The notes under the pieces are model-generated. The model was not told where the DNA came from. It searched no databases and saw nothing but the letters and a program-made list of their open reading frames with translations. The translations under genes and the position numbers were made by a program. This document shows positions 1 to 13,530 of a stretch of DNA of 64,000 bases, piece after piece (the first letter of the stretch is position 1; each line of letters begins with the position of its first letter). This stretch comes from Octopus vulgaris (Eukaryota), in contig OX597831.1 in NCBI GenBank assembly GCA_951406725.2, forward strand, positions 9,424,001-9,488,000, given 5' to 3'.

Positions 1-449
1 TTATCGAGTTCGGTTATTCACGGCAATCCTCTGTGGCTTTTTACATAATCAGAATTATGCAAACATGGCAAGCGACCTTTCATCAGTAAAACGCTATATT
101 ATGTGAAATCGATGCGTTGTTTGCATGTCTAAATGGTTTACTTTTTCTTCCGATCCTCTAATCTTCCATAATTATTTCATGATATTACAGTTTATGTCAT
201 TCAGCAAAAGTTACCCCTGTGGATAGCTCAAATGCGGTTTTGGAGAGTTCTAGTTTTTCTTTTATTTTTTCAGGGTGGGGTGGCGGAAGTGATAAGTAAA
301 CGCTGTTTCTCTTTTAAATGGAAATAAATTGTTACAGGCACCTTTGTTTCTTTGTGTATGCAAATTCACTTAATGTTTGGCAAGGTCATCATAACCTAAA
401 AGAAAACAATATTTTGCCTCTGTTTGGAATACTTATTCTTGTCTGTTAG

Positions 450-832
<383 letters not shown>

Positions 833-1181
833 CATGAATAAGACCGATCGCTTCAGAAAATCTGTCACAGTTATAAATATTTTAGTGTTTGCCTCAGTCT
901 TTTTTCCATATGATTGCTTATCTGTCATCGAGATCGGGGCAGATATATGTATATATATGTATATATATATATCTACACGCAGCTCCATACGCATTATGTT
1001 GGAATCGCCGACTCATCTCCCATTGGAGAAGTTAATAATTATGGAGTCTAATAAATACTTGCTAGCTTTTGGCCGTTTGCGTCACCTAGCTTTCATTATT
1101 TCTATACGAGCAGACATCACTCTGTGTTTAACCAGTTGTCTTCGCAACCACATCTTTCTCTTTTATCTTTTTATTTGCTGC

Positions 1182-1364
1182 AGTCATTAAAATGAGCCCA
1201 TGCTGGGGCACCGCCTCTAATGAATCGACGCCAGTGGGGTATTTATATTTCAGGGCCTTCAGCTTGTTCTGTCGTTCTAATAGCAGAACCGCTGATTTAC
1301 GGGGACTTAAACACCAGTTGTCAAGCGTTGTGTAGGGCAAACACAGACACACAGATGCACACAT

Positions 1365-1396
<32 letters not shown>
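1182..1396 (-). mobile_element. tRNA-derived SINE family B, 3' half
   Basis: Reverse complement matches the 3' part of the 12397-12822 copy (GGCGGTGCCCCAGCATGG... tail, CTTGACAAC-GGTG, internal (CA)n). Confidence 0.75.
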
Positions 1397-1398
<2 letters not shown>

Positions 1399-1617
1399 CC
1401 ATCTCTTATTCTTTACTCGTTTCAGTCATTTGGCTGCGGCCATGCTAGAACACTGTTTGAAGAGTTTTGAGTCGAATTATCGCCCACAGTGCTTATTTTA
1501 TATTGACTGGTTGTCATTCTACCGGATTCTTTTGCCAAACCGCCAAATTACAAGGATGTTAACACACCAACACCGGTTGTTAAGCGGTGGTCATGGGGCA
1601 AACATAGATATAAAGAC

Positions 1618-1679
<62 letters not shown>

Positions 1680-1728
1680 TTTAGCGGAGAAATAGGGGGA
1701 GAAATAGTAGTCGAATACCTGAGGTAGA

Positions 1729-1907
1729 GTAATATGCTTTATTAAAGAGCAATAAAAATATCACAAAAACTGTTACTCAGAGTTTCACGTTCCGTTTGTC
1801 GGACAGTTTTGTTTAGAATCTAGATTCTAAATAAAACTGTCCGACGAACGGGAACGTGAAACTCTGAGTAAGAGTTTTTGTGATATGTTTACTGCTTTTT
1901 AATAAAG

Positions 1908-1914
<7 letters not shown>
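1729..1914. mobile_element. Fold-back (palindromic) Penelope-like pLTR fragment carrying two divergent hammerhead motifs
   Basis: Two ~92-bp inverted arms centred on AGAATCT|AGATTCT (1821/1822), lying between two (TA)n tracts. Confidence 0.75.
1833..1878 (+). ncRNA. Minimal type I hammerhead ribozyme, U4C core variant
   Basis: AAAACTGT-CCGACGA-ACG(GGAA)CGT-GAAA-CTC T GAG-TA^AGAGTTTT. The mirror copy (1766-1810, - strand) reads ACAGTTTT, restoring a perfect 8-bp stem I. Confidence 0.75.
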
Positions 1915-1948
<34 letters not shown>

Positions 1949-2111
1949 AAAATAAGCAACAAGTATATCTTCGGTAATTTGGTACGATCGTTTCATACTA
2001 CTTCATTTTATTAAACATTCACCCCATGGATTTATATGGATAATACCATACAAAATTCTGGTGCCTCTGACTTAAGTACCATATTCATTTGAATCAAAAT
2101 TTTGCTGAACT

Positions 2112-2151
<40 letters not shown>

Positions 2152-3051
2152 ATGGCCTTCTTTCTGTTTTCGTCCTATCAAATTCACTCACAAATGTTTG
2201 GTTGGCTCGAGGGTGCAGTAGAAGCCACTTACTCAAGTTGCAGCGCAGTAGGACTGAACCCAGAACCATGAGGTCGGGAAGCAAGCTTCTTACCAGCTAC
2301 CCACGCCCCTGTCGTGTATGTCAAACTCTGAAGTCAAACAGCATTGTTATTTTACACATAGTACATTTTGATTTGAACTGTAGTGCATTTCTCATCTTAT
2401 ATTTGGAAATATATACACCCAGTTAACGGGCATTTCGATGTTTTCAGTGAAATAAATTTTCATTCTTTGTGGTGTTTTTACCACTCAAACATCCATGATA
2501 ACAAAATCCAAGAATTTGAAAAGATCGAGAAAAACCATATATATATATTTTCTGATATTTTCTTTCGAGCTTTCAGATCGGAATTTTACAATACATTGTG
2601 AAATAGGAATTTATGCTATTTTGGTTTCTTATTAAATTATAATACAAACCTTACAGTTAGAATGTTCTTTAATACGTTATATGTATTTTCCTATTACATG
2701 CTATAACGTGCTATTATAATATTTTTATATAATATATTTTTCCATTACATTTTTTCACTTAAACGCAGGAAGACAATTCCTCGGAGTCAAGGAATAATAA
2801 TTCTTTATTCATCAAGAAACACGTTTACTATTAGTAAATCATATTTGTAGTATTTTCGGGGATGTTTGAAATATTAGTAGCTCTATTCCAAATTTTACGG
2901 ATTGGCATTGGCTGAAAAACTTATTTCGCTAAAGATATACAAAGCTTTTGTAATTTGAATTTCGTTCATTGGACTTTAAGAAAGGTAGTTTTATACTGAA
3001 ATATCAGAATACATTGTCAAAAAATGTATATTATCATATACATAGTTTTAT

Positions 3052-3652
3052 AAGGCGGCGAGCTGGCAGAAACGTTAGCACGTCGGACGAAATGCACACC
3101 GGTATTTAGTCTGCCGCTACGTTCTGAGTTCAAATTCCGCCGAGGTCGACTTTGCCTTTCATCCTTTCAGGGTCGATTAAATAAGTACCAGTTACGCACT
3201 GGAGTCGATATAATCGACTTAATCCATTTGTCTGTCCTTGTTTGTCTCCTCTGTGTTTAGCCCCTTGTGGGTAGTAAAGAAATAGGTGTTTCGCCTGCTG
3301 TTACGTTCTGAGTTCAAATTCCGCCGAGGTCGACTTTGCATTTCATCCTTTCAGGGTCGATTAAATAAGTACCAGTTACGCACTGGAGTCGATATAATCG
3401 ACTTAATCCATTTGTCTGTCCTTGTTTGTCCCCTCTGTGTTTAGCCCCTTGTGGGTAGTAAAGAAATAGGTGTTTCGCCTGCTGTTACGTTCTGAGTTCA
3501 AATTCCGCCGAGGTCGACTTTGCATTTCATCCTTTCAGGGTCGATAAATTAAGTACCAGGTACGCACTGAGGTCGATGTAATCGACTTAATCCGTTTGTC
3601 TGTCCCTATTTGTCCTCTCTATTTTTAGCCCCTTGTTTCCAATAAAGAAATA
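3052..3652 (+). mobile_element. tRNA-derived SINE family A, one head plus three tandem 184-bp bodies
   Basis: A-box-like AGCTGGCAGAAACGTTAGC, B box GAGTTCAAATTCC, conserved CCTTTCATCCTTTC-GGGTCGAT-AA core; units start at 3101, 3285 and 3469; TSD ATATACAT(A/C)GTTTTAT at 3036-3051 and 3653-3668. Confidence 0.9.
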
Positions 3653-4367
3653 ATATACATCGTTTTATGCAAATATGAGGGAATTAATTGTCTTAGACGT
3701 CAACAAAATAGATATTTTATCTAAATAAATATTATTAAAACAAATAAAAGAACTCCTTTAACCATGGCTCCTTTCCACATCACACATTTTGCATGATATT
3801 CTAATTTATGAAAAGCAGTTCAACTTCAGAACGTTTTCAAATTATTTCGCCTGTTTTAAGGAACGAAGGTTGCCTTTGGATTTTTGGACAAGCAGTGTTA
3901 TGCAAACGCAACTTGCAGCCCTTCAATAAGGAACTGTCGTATCGTGTAATCCGCTATTAAGAAAACAAAACATTGTGTTTCTTGAAAATGTTTAATAAAA
4001 CCTGTTATGGCGGCTAAACAGAAACAAATTGTTACGAAGGTTGTGTTTTATTTTGTAAACATAGATTTATTGCTGCGTTGGTTAGTTTATAACAACCACA
4101 ATAAAACTGAACAAATATTAGCTTCGTTTTCAATCTCTTGCTTCGTCTAAATTAAAACAGTACATACACATTCAACCCAGCTTTCACCACTTGAATAATA
4201 AGACACGAATAAGACATATTCGATAAAGAACTAATAACCAAAATATCAACATTGCATTGTGAGATGTTTACACGCTCTTACGTTCTCGACCCATTGCATT
4301 TTTGTTCCCTCTCTCCCTCCTTCTTCTGCCTCCCACAATATCTTTCTCTCTATCTATCTATAAATTT

Positions 4368-4408
<41 letters not shown>

Positions 4409-4455
4409 ATATATATATTTATGTATGTATGTGTGCATATATTTATAAATGAATA

Positions 4456-4584
<129 letters not shown>

Positions 4585-4795
4585 ATGTGTGTGTGTATGT
4601 GTGTGTCTGCTGAGATGAGATTTGTAATCCCAACACCTAATATTATAACGGTATATCTTTTCTACTCCTCTGATGAGATTTTGCCTCATGCAATGACTTA
4701 ATTATTATAATTCAATGCTTTAGGCTACATTGAAACAGCTGTAAGAGAGTAATAAATTATATCAATGCTACATTTCCATTTACTGAATTTTCTTC

Positions 4796-4828
<33 letters not shown>

Positions 4829-4870
4829 AATATCTATATAAATTTCTATATATCTATATCTATATCTATA

Positions 4871-4938
<68 letters not shown>

Positions 4939-4939
4939 A

Positions 4940-4982
<43 letters not shown>

Positions 4983-4992
4983 AAAAAAACTT

Positions 4993-5070
<78 letters not shown>

Positions 5071-5479
5071 GATGCAATATATGGATTGATAGAATTCTGT
5101 GGCAATCACAGAAAGGTCCTGTACTGGACCCGTCTCTCATGTCACTAATGCAGAGGAGAAGAGTGCAGAATTCTGTGCACCTGAAATCCAGGAGATCCAG
5201 TATATAAAATTATTTCATGAAACGTACAGAAACCATGAGAATTCCAGAGATTTGAGAGGTGAATATATTTATGCAACTACTTGTATTCCTTAGGATTATG
5301 TCCGTTTCGTAGTCTTCTTCAAGCCATAATAATTTCAGTTTATAATAAACTATAACTACGTGTCTGCACTTATAAGGCAATTGTATATTCACAGTATATA
5401 ATAATATTGCAAATATGTAAACATAATTTATTATACTGTCGAATTATTATTACATGAAGAAGGCTGCGAAACGGCCGTA

Positions 5480-6670
5480 ATCTTGAGGATAACAAGTGGT
5501 TAAGTAAATATGTTAACCTCACATTCAGATCAGCTGAGTTGGATGCATACCTGGATATCATCCTGCACTTTCTGATGGGTGATGCAACCATAAAGAAAAT
5601 GAGAGTAACGTAAAGAGTATAACAGGCATTCAATTATTCATTTGGAAAAAAAGATAAAGGAAGGAAAAAACCAAAACACGGGACGGTTGCATCAGGATGT
5701 AGTTTCAGACTCTAGAACTGAGGAAAGATGTAAAACAGATGAAGAAAGAGTGAAAAGAAGCAGGTGATGAAGGAAAAGCTACCTTAAACTAGATGTGCGC
5801 AGAGTTAAGGAAACCCTATACAAGTTTCCCAGTGCGGAAAGACTCTTCATAATAAAAGACAGAAGCAGTGAAGGGGGAAGGGTTTTCTTAACAAAGCCGT
5901 TCCAGTTCACAGATGAGATCTTGGAATAAAGAAAATAAAGTGGGAGACTGGAATGTTCTAAAGAACAGTAAGAGAACAATATAACTGCACTGCACGATGC
6001 GGAGAAGTAACACTCCTCTGGGATAAGATCATGTTCCACTAACAAATCCTCAAAACGCCCACCATGTATAACCCAAAGTGCACCCGTTTTCTACTTTGCA
6101 CCATCTCGCATGCTGGGTCATACATGTGTATCGGAAGTGTAGACTCATCTTTCCGGAAGGGATGTTAGTAACATCGCTGCGACCAGACACGTCCTGGCTC
6201 TCTTGGGTCGCTAAAACAATCGTCACGGCTGAAGTGAGTGTCTGAGCGGACAAACTCGACATTCTAAACCAACTAAAGAAAGAAAACCGAATATGAAAAC
6301 GATTTGGTTCCTAAAGTTCTTATCAAAGAAATGTACTCAGCCTCGTCCCATATTAAAGTGGGACGCCACAGAGTTTCAGCAACATTGGTGCATTATTTAT
6401 CATTAGATGTTTTGTGTGGAAAACAAACAACCGAATAAATTCTCCAAGGAGAGTGCCATAATAGCTGATAGTTCAAAATATTTCTGGTTGACAAACAAAA
6501 TTCAAATGGAACCTCTACAGGTGAACACTGACTCGGTTCTCGCTACACAACTCATGCAAAGCTTGTAATCCTCAGAAACCCGCGGAAAGTTCCAAAGGAT
6601 TTCCAAAATTAGGATGGCTTTAGTCACCACCAGGAGAAGAGCTCGCAATATTTCAAGAAACTCTTGTTCT
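5480..6670 (+). pseudogene. Heavily decayed RLE-type non-LTR retrotransposon ORF remnant, HERO-like
   Basis: Frameshifted peptides such as GFLTKPFQFTDEILG..SGRLECSKEQ (~5878-5970) resemble the F..NPF.FTK.LLG..SG.L.CSKEE block I recall from HERO-clade elements; recognised from memory, boundaries approximate. Confidence 0.45.
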
Positions 6671-7295
6671 TTCTGCGAGGATAAAAATCGCTGATATTAT
6701 TTCATCTCATTTTATTAACTATTGTTCTTTTTAATCAAATTAATTAGCTTCTTAAATCGTTTTCTCTGTGTGAAATAACTACTGGGCTCTGTGATATTCG
6801 TTGGCTTGTTGAACTCACGGGCTACTAACCCTTCCATAATTGAAATTAAGGATTATTTTGCGTGTCATATCTCTTCTCTACAGATTTGCGCTTAATGTAT
6901 TGATTTGATGATAGAAATTTTAAAATTCAGTAAACATCACCCCCTTGAATTGGTGTTGTGAAAAGCACGCATTGTGTTTCTTGACAATTAAACGAGATGG
7001 AGCTGTTAAGAGGGAAAATATTTCATACAAAGGACGTATCTTGTCTTCTAATCATGCTTTTATTGCAGAAGTAACGCCGTCATGATAACCGTAAAAAAAG
7101 GTTCAGCATTTTTAGGTTCGGTTTTCAATCTCTATTCTTGGGAAATACAAAATACTAAAGACGTTGTGTGCACAGCCTCATCTACGAAAAGTTAAATTTG
7201 ATCGAGAGAAGGGTAAGGTTTCGAGTGGCACGGGTGCATCTAAAGCACAAGACGGTCCTTGGAAGACGATGAATGATCTAGAAGAACTGTCACGA

Positions 7296-7347
<52 letters not shown>

Positions 7348-7429
7348 GACGGGCTTCTTTCGGCCATATAGAAAAAAAACTAAGACAATAAGAAAATAAG
7401 AAATCTCCATTAGTGTTGTCTTCTTAAAA

Positions 7430-7650
7430 ATTGTTTCCGTCATGGCTTCAGTGATTTTAAAAATTCTATACGCTATATCTAATGCCAACACTCCAACCAG
7501 CCTGTATGTAAATCTCCTCTCAACCTCTCTGACGAAGTGCTTAGGCTCGAAACGATAATCACTTTTCCATTCTTTTCGAACGTCAAAGTAATACAACTGC
7601 TTGTTGTTCCCTCACCTGTCTTCGCCTTTTGTCTTCCACCAACTTCTCTG
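7430..7650 (+). mobile_element. Decayed Penelope-like pLTR with damaged hammerhead (7525-7560)
   Basis: CTGACGA-A-GTGC-TTAG-GCTC-GAAA-CG-ATA; the downstream TAATACA..TGCTTGTT..CACCTGTCTTCG is shared with the 24395 and 26181 elements. Confidence 0.6.
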
Positions 7651-8134
7651 AGAAATGTACCGATATTGTGTCACTGGATCGTTGCATGCAGGTTCTGAGG
7701 TTTTAAGGGAAATCTCACTAAATCGTGTCTTCATTTCAGCTCTACACAACACACACTCTTTCTCCTATTTTCTAAGTTATCAATTACTTTAATCCGATAT
7801 TATATTCATTTTGTTAGGCTTAAGCGTGAAAGTGAAGCCATTCACTTCTCATTTAGTCTGTTTGAGACGCTACTTTCTTTCGTGGGATAAATTATCTAAT
7901 TAGTGATGGAAATGAATTAAAGGTGTTTGAATGAATAAGGTAGGAAACCGTAGAAGGAATGGAAATTTAACGAAATTGAGTGAAGATTGTATTAAATGAG
8001 GCATGAGATTTGCAATATCATTTACTGTGAGAAGACCTGACGCATTATAAACATTGAATAAATTAATACTAGTAGTGGAATTATTTCATTATTTCTATCC
8101 GACATCATCTTTTTCGAGGTAGTTTCAGAAATCA

Positions 8135-8345
8135 GGGACTTAGCGGTTCAGGTGATGGACTCATGATCGTAAGATTATGGTTTCGATTCTTGGACCGGGC
8201 AATGCGTTGTGTTCTTCAGCAAAACACTTCAGTTTGGTCCAGCATTCCCAACTGGCAAGAATGAGTATTCCTGCGATGGACCGTGTCCCGCCCAGTGGAT
8301 GATTCCCCGCCCCCCGGGACCCCTGGAGACACGGCCTTATGAGGG
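8135..8345 (+). mobile_element. tRNA-derived SINE family C (degenerate)
   Basis: Box-B-like GGTTTCGATTC, then GCAAAACACTT, CCTGCGATGGAC-GTGTCCCG-CCAG and CCTTATGAG; related to the minus-strand copy at 59930-60235. Confidence 0.6.
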
Positions 8346-8461
8346 GGCACAAGCTGGGGAAGGGTTTTATCGTTTCTTTTTTTTTCTTTTATTATCAAGA
8401 CGTATATAGAATCTCTTCTAAAGAATTCTCATGTCATAAAACAAAATGTGTTATTAATATT

Positions 8462-8676
8462 TTTATTCTTTTATTCTTTTACTGGTTTCAGACATTTGAC
8501 TGCGGCCATGCTGGAGCACCGCCTTAACAGGTTTCAGCCGAAGAAATCGACCCCAGGATTTATTCTTTGTAAGCCTACTACTCATTCTATCGGTCTCTTT
8601 CGCAGGACCGCTAAGTTATGTGAACATAAACACATCAACGCTGGTTGTCAAGCGATGGTGGAAGGGGGGACAAGCG

Positions 8677-8728
<52 letters not shown>

Positions 8729-8898
8729 AATACATGACGGGTTTCTTTCAGTTTCCGTTTACCAAATTCACTCACAAGGCTTTGGTCGGCTTGAGGCTAC
8801 AGTAGAAGACACTCACGCACGATGCCACGCAGTGGGACTGAACCCGGAACCATGTGGTTGGGAAACAAGCTACTTACCACACAGCCACACCTGCGCCT
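8462..8898 (-). mobile_element. SINE family B, near full length
   Basis: Head AGGCGCAGGTGTGGCTGTGTGGTAAG..GGGTTCAGTCCC, internal (CA)n, tail GGCGGTGCTCCAGCATGGCCGCAGTC. Confidence 0.9.
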
Positions 8899-9470
8899 TT
8901 TTTTTTATTGAATATTTTCGTAGTTCTGCATTCTAGCCCCGACAACAACCTACGTGCATAAACTCCATTTCATGGCTGTCTAAACAAATGGGAGCTTTCC
9001 TCGCATAATAGCTCGCCCATTTCTGAACAGCAAGTGAAAGTGGTTACAAGAAATCCCTCTTGATTGCTGCTAGAAAGCATCTTGTCAGCAGCGTATCAAC
9101 ATTACAATGTTTTATACCAATGGCTTCATTTTCCTTTTTTGAATAACATATCCGAATATCCTAAATGAGTTATTTTTCACTGGCGATAAAGATGTCATGT
9201 ACCTTGTCAATGAAGAACTTATTAAAGCGAAGTGCTAACGCTCCATCTCGCAGTTGATATTGGACATTCACTTGCAAAGACATAATAGACGCATTTCAAA
9301 ACCTCAACATTATGGAATAAACGTTTACGATGGCTTACCGCTTTAGAAACTCCATTAAAAGTTGTATTCAGAACGTTTACCTCCTCTCAATATCTATCTA
9401 TCTATCTATCTATCCATCCATCCATCTATCTATCTATCTATCAATCTAAAACATATACACCCCCCACACA

Positions 9471-9520
<50 letters not shown>

Positions 9521-9726
9521 TATATATATATATATATGGGGTGTTGTGTGTAGGTGTGTATATGTTTTAGATAGATAGATAGATAGATATTGAGAGGCGG
9601 TAAACATATATATCCATATATGTGTGTGTATGAAGATGCATATGCACATCTTTATATACACACATCTATATAAATATACACAGAAGCAAACATATATACA
9701 TATATATATATATATTTATATGCACG

Positions 9727-9762
<36 letters not shown>

Positions 9763-9768
9763 GACACA

Positions 9769-9806
<38 letters not shown>

Positions 9807-10085
9807 TATAGACATGCTAAACCGAAACATGGTATATTTTTATGACGGTCAGGAAGTTCAGGCATCTTGAAGGGTGATGTATGCTGTACATCTATTCCTG
9901 CGCAACAGTTATCTCCTCAAATCGGTGCATATATCTGCCCAGGCTAATATACTTATGTTATCTAAACTGCTTATCATTTCGCGTGAATTCATGTTGCTTA
10001 CATAATTCAAGAGCGTAACACACATATATACATACACAAAAACACAGAAACACACAAATATATATATATATATACACACATATAC

Positions 10086-10165
<80 letters not shown>

Positions 10166-10198
10166 TTATCTATCTATCTATCTAACTATCTATCTATC

Positions 10199-10229
<31 letters not shown>

Positions 10230-10244
10230 CTGTCTGTCTATGTG

Positions 10245-10285
<41 letters not shown>

Positions 10286-10392
10286 ATGTCTGTTTGTCTG
10301 TCTGTCTGCCTGTCTGTCTGGCTATCTATATATCTATCTATCCATCTATCTATCTATCTATATGTATATATATATCTGTCTGTCTGTGTGTA

Positions 10393-10439
<47 letters not shown>

Positions 10440-11353
10440 ATGTATGTGTGTGTGTGTGAGTGAATATATATATATATATATATATATGCAAATAGGCTGA
10501 TAAATAAATAAATGGACAAAAACCTATAATATAGGAATGAGAAATATAGGAATGAGATGTTTGGAAGAAAGCTAGTTTAAGTACGCGTGTACGCCTTTAC
10601 ATATGTAATATTTCAAATGTTCAATGTTCATTCAGAGGGAAATATCTCAGTTTGCTATGTACAATATCATGAACACGTGTAATCGTATACGTTTATGCGT
10701 GGATCTTGTAGATTGACTCATACACGTATGTGTGTAGACGCATACATATAAGTATTTATACTGTAATAGTAGAAGGAATAACATTTGCATGCGAGAAATG
10801 TGGGTAATTTCGGCTGGTTATAATGATATTGCTATCAACAATTTTCATAGTTCCAACGGAAAAGGATCTGTATGTTTAGAAGAATATAAAGTGAGATAAT
10901 GCTAGCATCAGGTGAAAAAAAATATGCTTGAATAGAAATAAAGTAATGGATACGACTTTGACAATCTATTCCCTTTCAAAAATAAAGAAAAAGAAAAAAG
11001 AGAAATGGAGAAAAAGGAGGAGAAATTGACACAAGCGGATTTCAGCCAAATTCTTCAAATTGTCGTAAGATTATAGAATATAATATTCTGCTATAATATG
11101 GTGAGTGCTGTTATTATCCTTACTGTGTAACTAATGTTTGCGAGGTTCCGCGTTTTATACTGAACGAATATAATTTGTTTGGCAATTTAGTTTCATTTTC
11201 ATTTCGGTGTTTGGTATTTTAATCCAAACAGACATTTCTGTGAATGCGAAGATCAATAGACAACAGTGACATCAGTTGCAGGAATTGCTCTCTTTTCAGA
11301 GAGAAAACGAGGGACAGATAGATAGATAGAGAGCGAGTAAGTAAGAGAAAGAA

Positions 11354-11387
<34 letters not shown>

Positions 11388-12396
11388 GAAGAATAAATGA
11401 GGAAGAAGGTTAGATTGAAAGAGTAAGAGAAAAGTGAAGGTGAAGAGAGTGTTTGGATAAATAAATGTCATACTGCCTTATAATGCTATTCATATTTGGT
11501 TAATTTAACAATATTATTAAGGCACTTGAAAAATTCAAATTACCATCTGAATTTCTCTAGGTTGTCTTTTATTGATCTGTTTCTCATTTAATATTGCCAT
11601 TTTAAACGTGACTGTCTGCTGCTGTCATGTCGTCGGTGGAGTTGAATGGCTTTAGACGTATCTCGTTGAACAGATATTTATATCACAAAAGTAATTGGAC
11701 CGAACAAAAGCTTTTCTATAGGATTGCAACTAAATACATAGGCAAACCCTCTTCATTGGTGCGAAAGGGAAGGTTTTACACTTAAAATTAAGGTTTTGAA
11801 ACTACATCAGATTAGTAGTGGGTGGTTAGGATTTCCTTTTATTTCCAAGACAAAGTGGTGCTATACTTAAATTTCTTGCAGATTTACATTCCTCTATTTT
11901 CTATTTATGTTAAAGAGTCTTGTTATTATACAAAATATATTCTTCAGAGCCACCAAGCACACACTTGCAAACATACACTCTGCTACTGTGTCATCTCTAC
12001 GAATCCGTTCGTTCTGTTAAAAATAGAAGCCCGGTTACCGTATCTTCCTCCCGACTGTTTTAGGAAAGCATGAAATATATAATATGAGTTCGGTGCCCAG
12101 AGAATAAAGGCAGGAATCTCGTTGAGCTTTGGTATACCGGATCAAAGCTTTTCTGGGACAAAGCAAAAAAAAAAAACCCACCAAAAACAAAACAAACATA
12201 AAGAAGGCGCTACCACAATTACTGAAATGGAGTGAAGTGTTAGAAAGAGTCGACTGCCAGAGTAAATGCGTAATTCATGTAGGACCATTATCGAAAATTG
12301 GATTTACCATGTCACGAGGGTTAACAAAAGCAGTTCTTCGTCGTGAGTTACCTTAAGTAATATTTGTAAAAAAGTGTTAAAGAATAAACATAGAAA

Positions 12397-12822
12397 TAGG
12401 CGCAGGAGTGGCTGTGTAGTAAGTAGCTTGCTAACCAACCACATGGTTCCGGGTTCAGTCCCATTGTGTGGCATCTTGGACAAGTGTCTTCTGCTATAGC
12501 CCCGAGCCGACCAATGCCTTGTGAGTGGATTTGGTAGACGGAAACTGAAAGAAGCATGTCGTATATATGTATATATATATATATATATGTATGCGTGTGT
12601 GTTTGTGTGTCTGTGTTTGTCCCCCTAGCATTGCTTGACAACCGATGCTGCTGTGTTTACGTCCCCGTCACTTAGCGGTTCGGCAAAAGAGACCGATAGA
12701 ATAAGTACTGGGCTTAAAAAAATAAGTCCCGGGGTCGATTTGCTCGACTAAAAGGCGGTGCTCCAGCATGGCCGCAGTCAAATGACTGATACAAGTAAAA
12801 GAGTAAAAGAGTAAAAGAGTAA
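12397..12822 (+). mobile_element. SINE family B, full-length young copy
   Basis: tRNA-like head (TGGCTGTGTAG / GGTTCAGTCCC), TTGGACAAGTG CORE-like segment, internal (TA)n(TG)n, (GTAAAAGA)n tail; nearly identical to 59448-59855. Confidence 0.92.
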
Positions 12823-13147
12823 ATGCCATAATGAGAAAATGATCACGAGATGATCTTGAAGATATTTGTACATCTGTTATAAATAGGGGTTAGTCTTAGT
12901 TTAATTATCAGTCCTAGTATTGGCCCATAAGTTGCTTCGTTAATTTTATATACTTAAATGATTATAAGTTAAGTAAGCATCATGTGCTAAATTTTATTGA
13001 TATTATTAATCCTTCACGACTAGTAACTTTGTTTACAGGTTCAGAGCGCTGTTAATAATTTTCAAGTAGGGAGAACTGGAAACCAAGTCAGAACGCAAGC
13101 TTCAAGATTAAGATTAAGAAGTTATGTAGCAAACATTAGCATTAGAA

Positions 13148-13530
13148 TTGCAGGGCTGTGTGATAAGACGTTGCTTCTCAATCACATGGTTCCGAGTTCA
13201 CTCTTACTGCGTGGCTCTTTGGGCAAATAGCTTCTATTGTAGCTTCGGGCCGAGAAAACCTTGTGAATGGATTTGGAAGACAGAAACTGAAAGAAGCCTG
13301 TTCTATATATATGCATATGTATAATAATGTGTGTGTATGTGTCTGTTCCCCCCACCCCCGTTTTACACTTGGTGTTGGGTTGTTACGTTCCATTATTATG
13401 AGGGTTCGATATGATATCCATAGAATAATTACTCGGCTTCAAAAAGGAACAACTGGTTTTATTTCCCCGACAAACACTTCGAAAACGGCACCATCATAGC
13501 TGCATTCTGCTGACTAAAGCAAAAAACAAG
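13148..13530 (+). mobile_element. SINE family B, old diverged copy
   Basis: CACATGGTTCCGAGTTCA..TTTGGGCAAAT..GGATTTGG-AGAC-GAAACTGAAAGAAGCC, collinear with the family. Confidence 0.75.

Larger units (their letters stand above)
1405..2310 (-). mobile_element. SINE family B copy whose internal (TA)n has been invaded by two insertions (1676-1914 and 1945-2112)
   Basis: 3' tail (TTTCAGTCATTTGGCTGCGGCCATGCT) at 1420-1446; head (GGACTGAACCC...CTTACCA...GCC) at 2250-2310; the two halves are separated by (TA)n tracts and foreign sequence. Confidence 0.75.

Noticed and set aside
4660-4700. CTGATGA followed by a small hairpin
   Set aside because: No GAAA and no stem I complement.
10528-10557. 15-bp tandem duplication ATATAGGAATGAGAA
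   Set aside because: Ordinary slippage duplication.
13030-13130. TTTGTTTACAG acceptor followed by an open frame (VQSAVNNFQVGRTGNQVRTQ..)
   Set aside because: No convincing donor or recognisable protein; the frame runs into a SINE.
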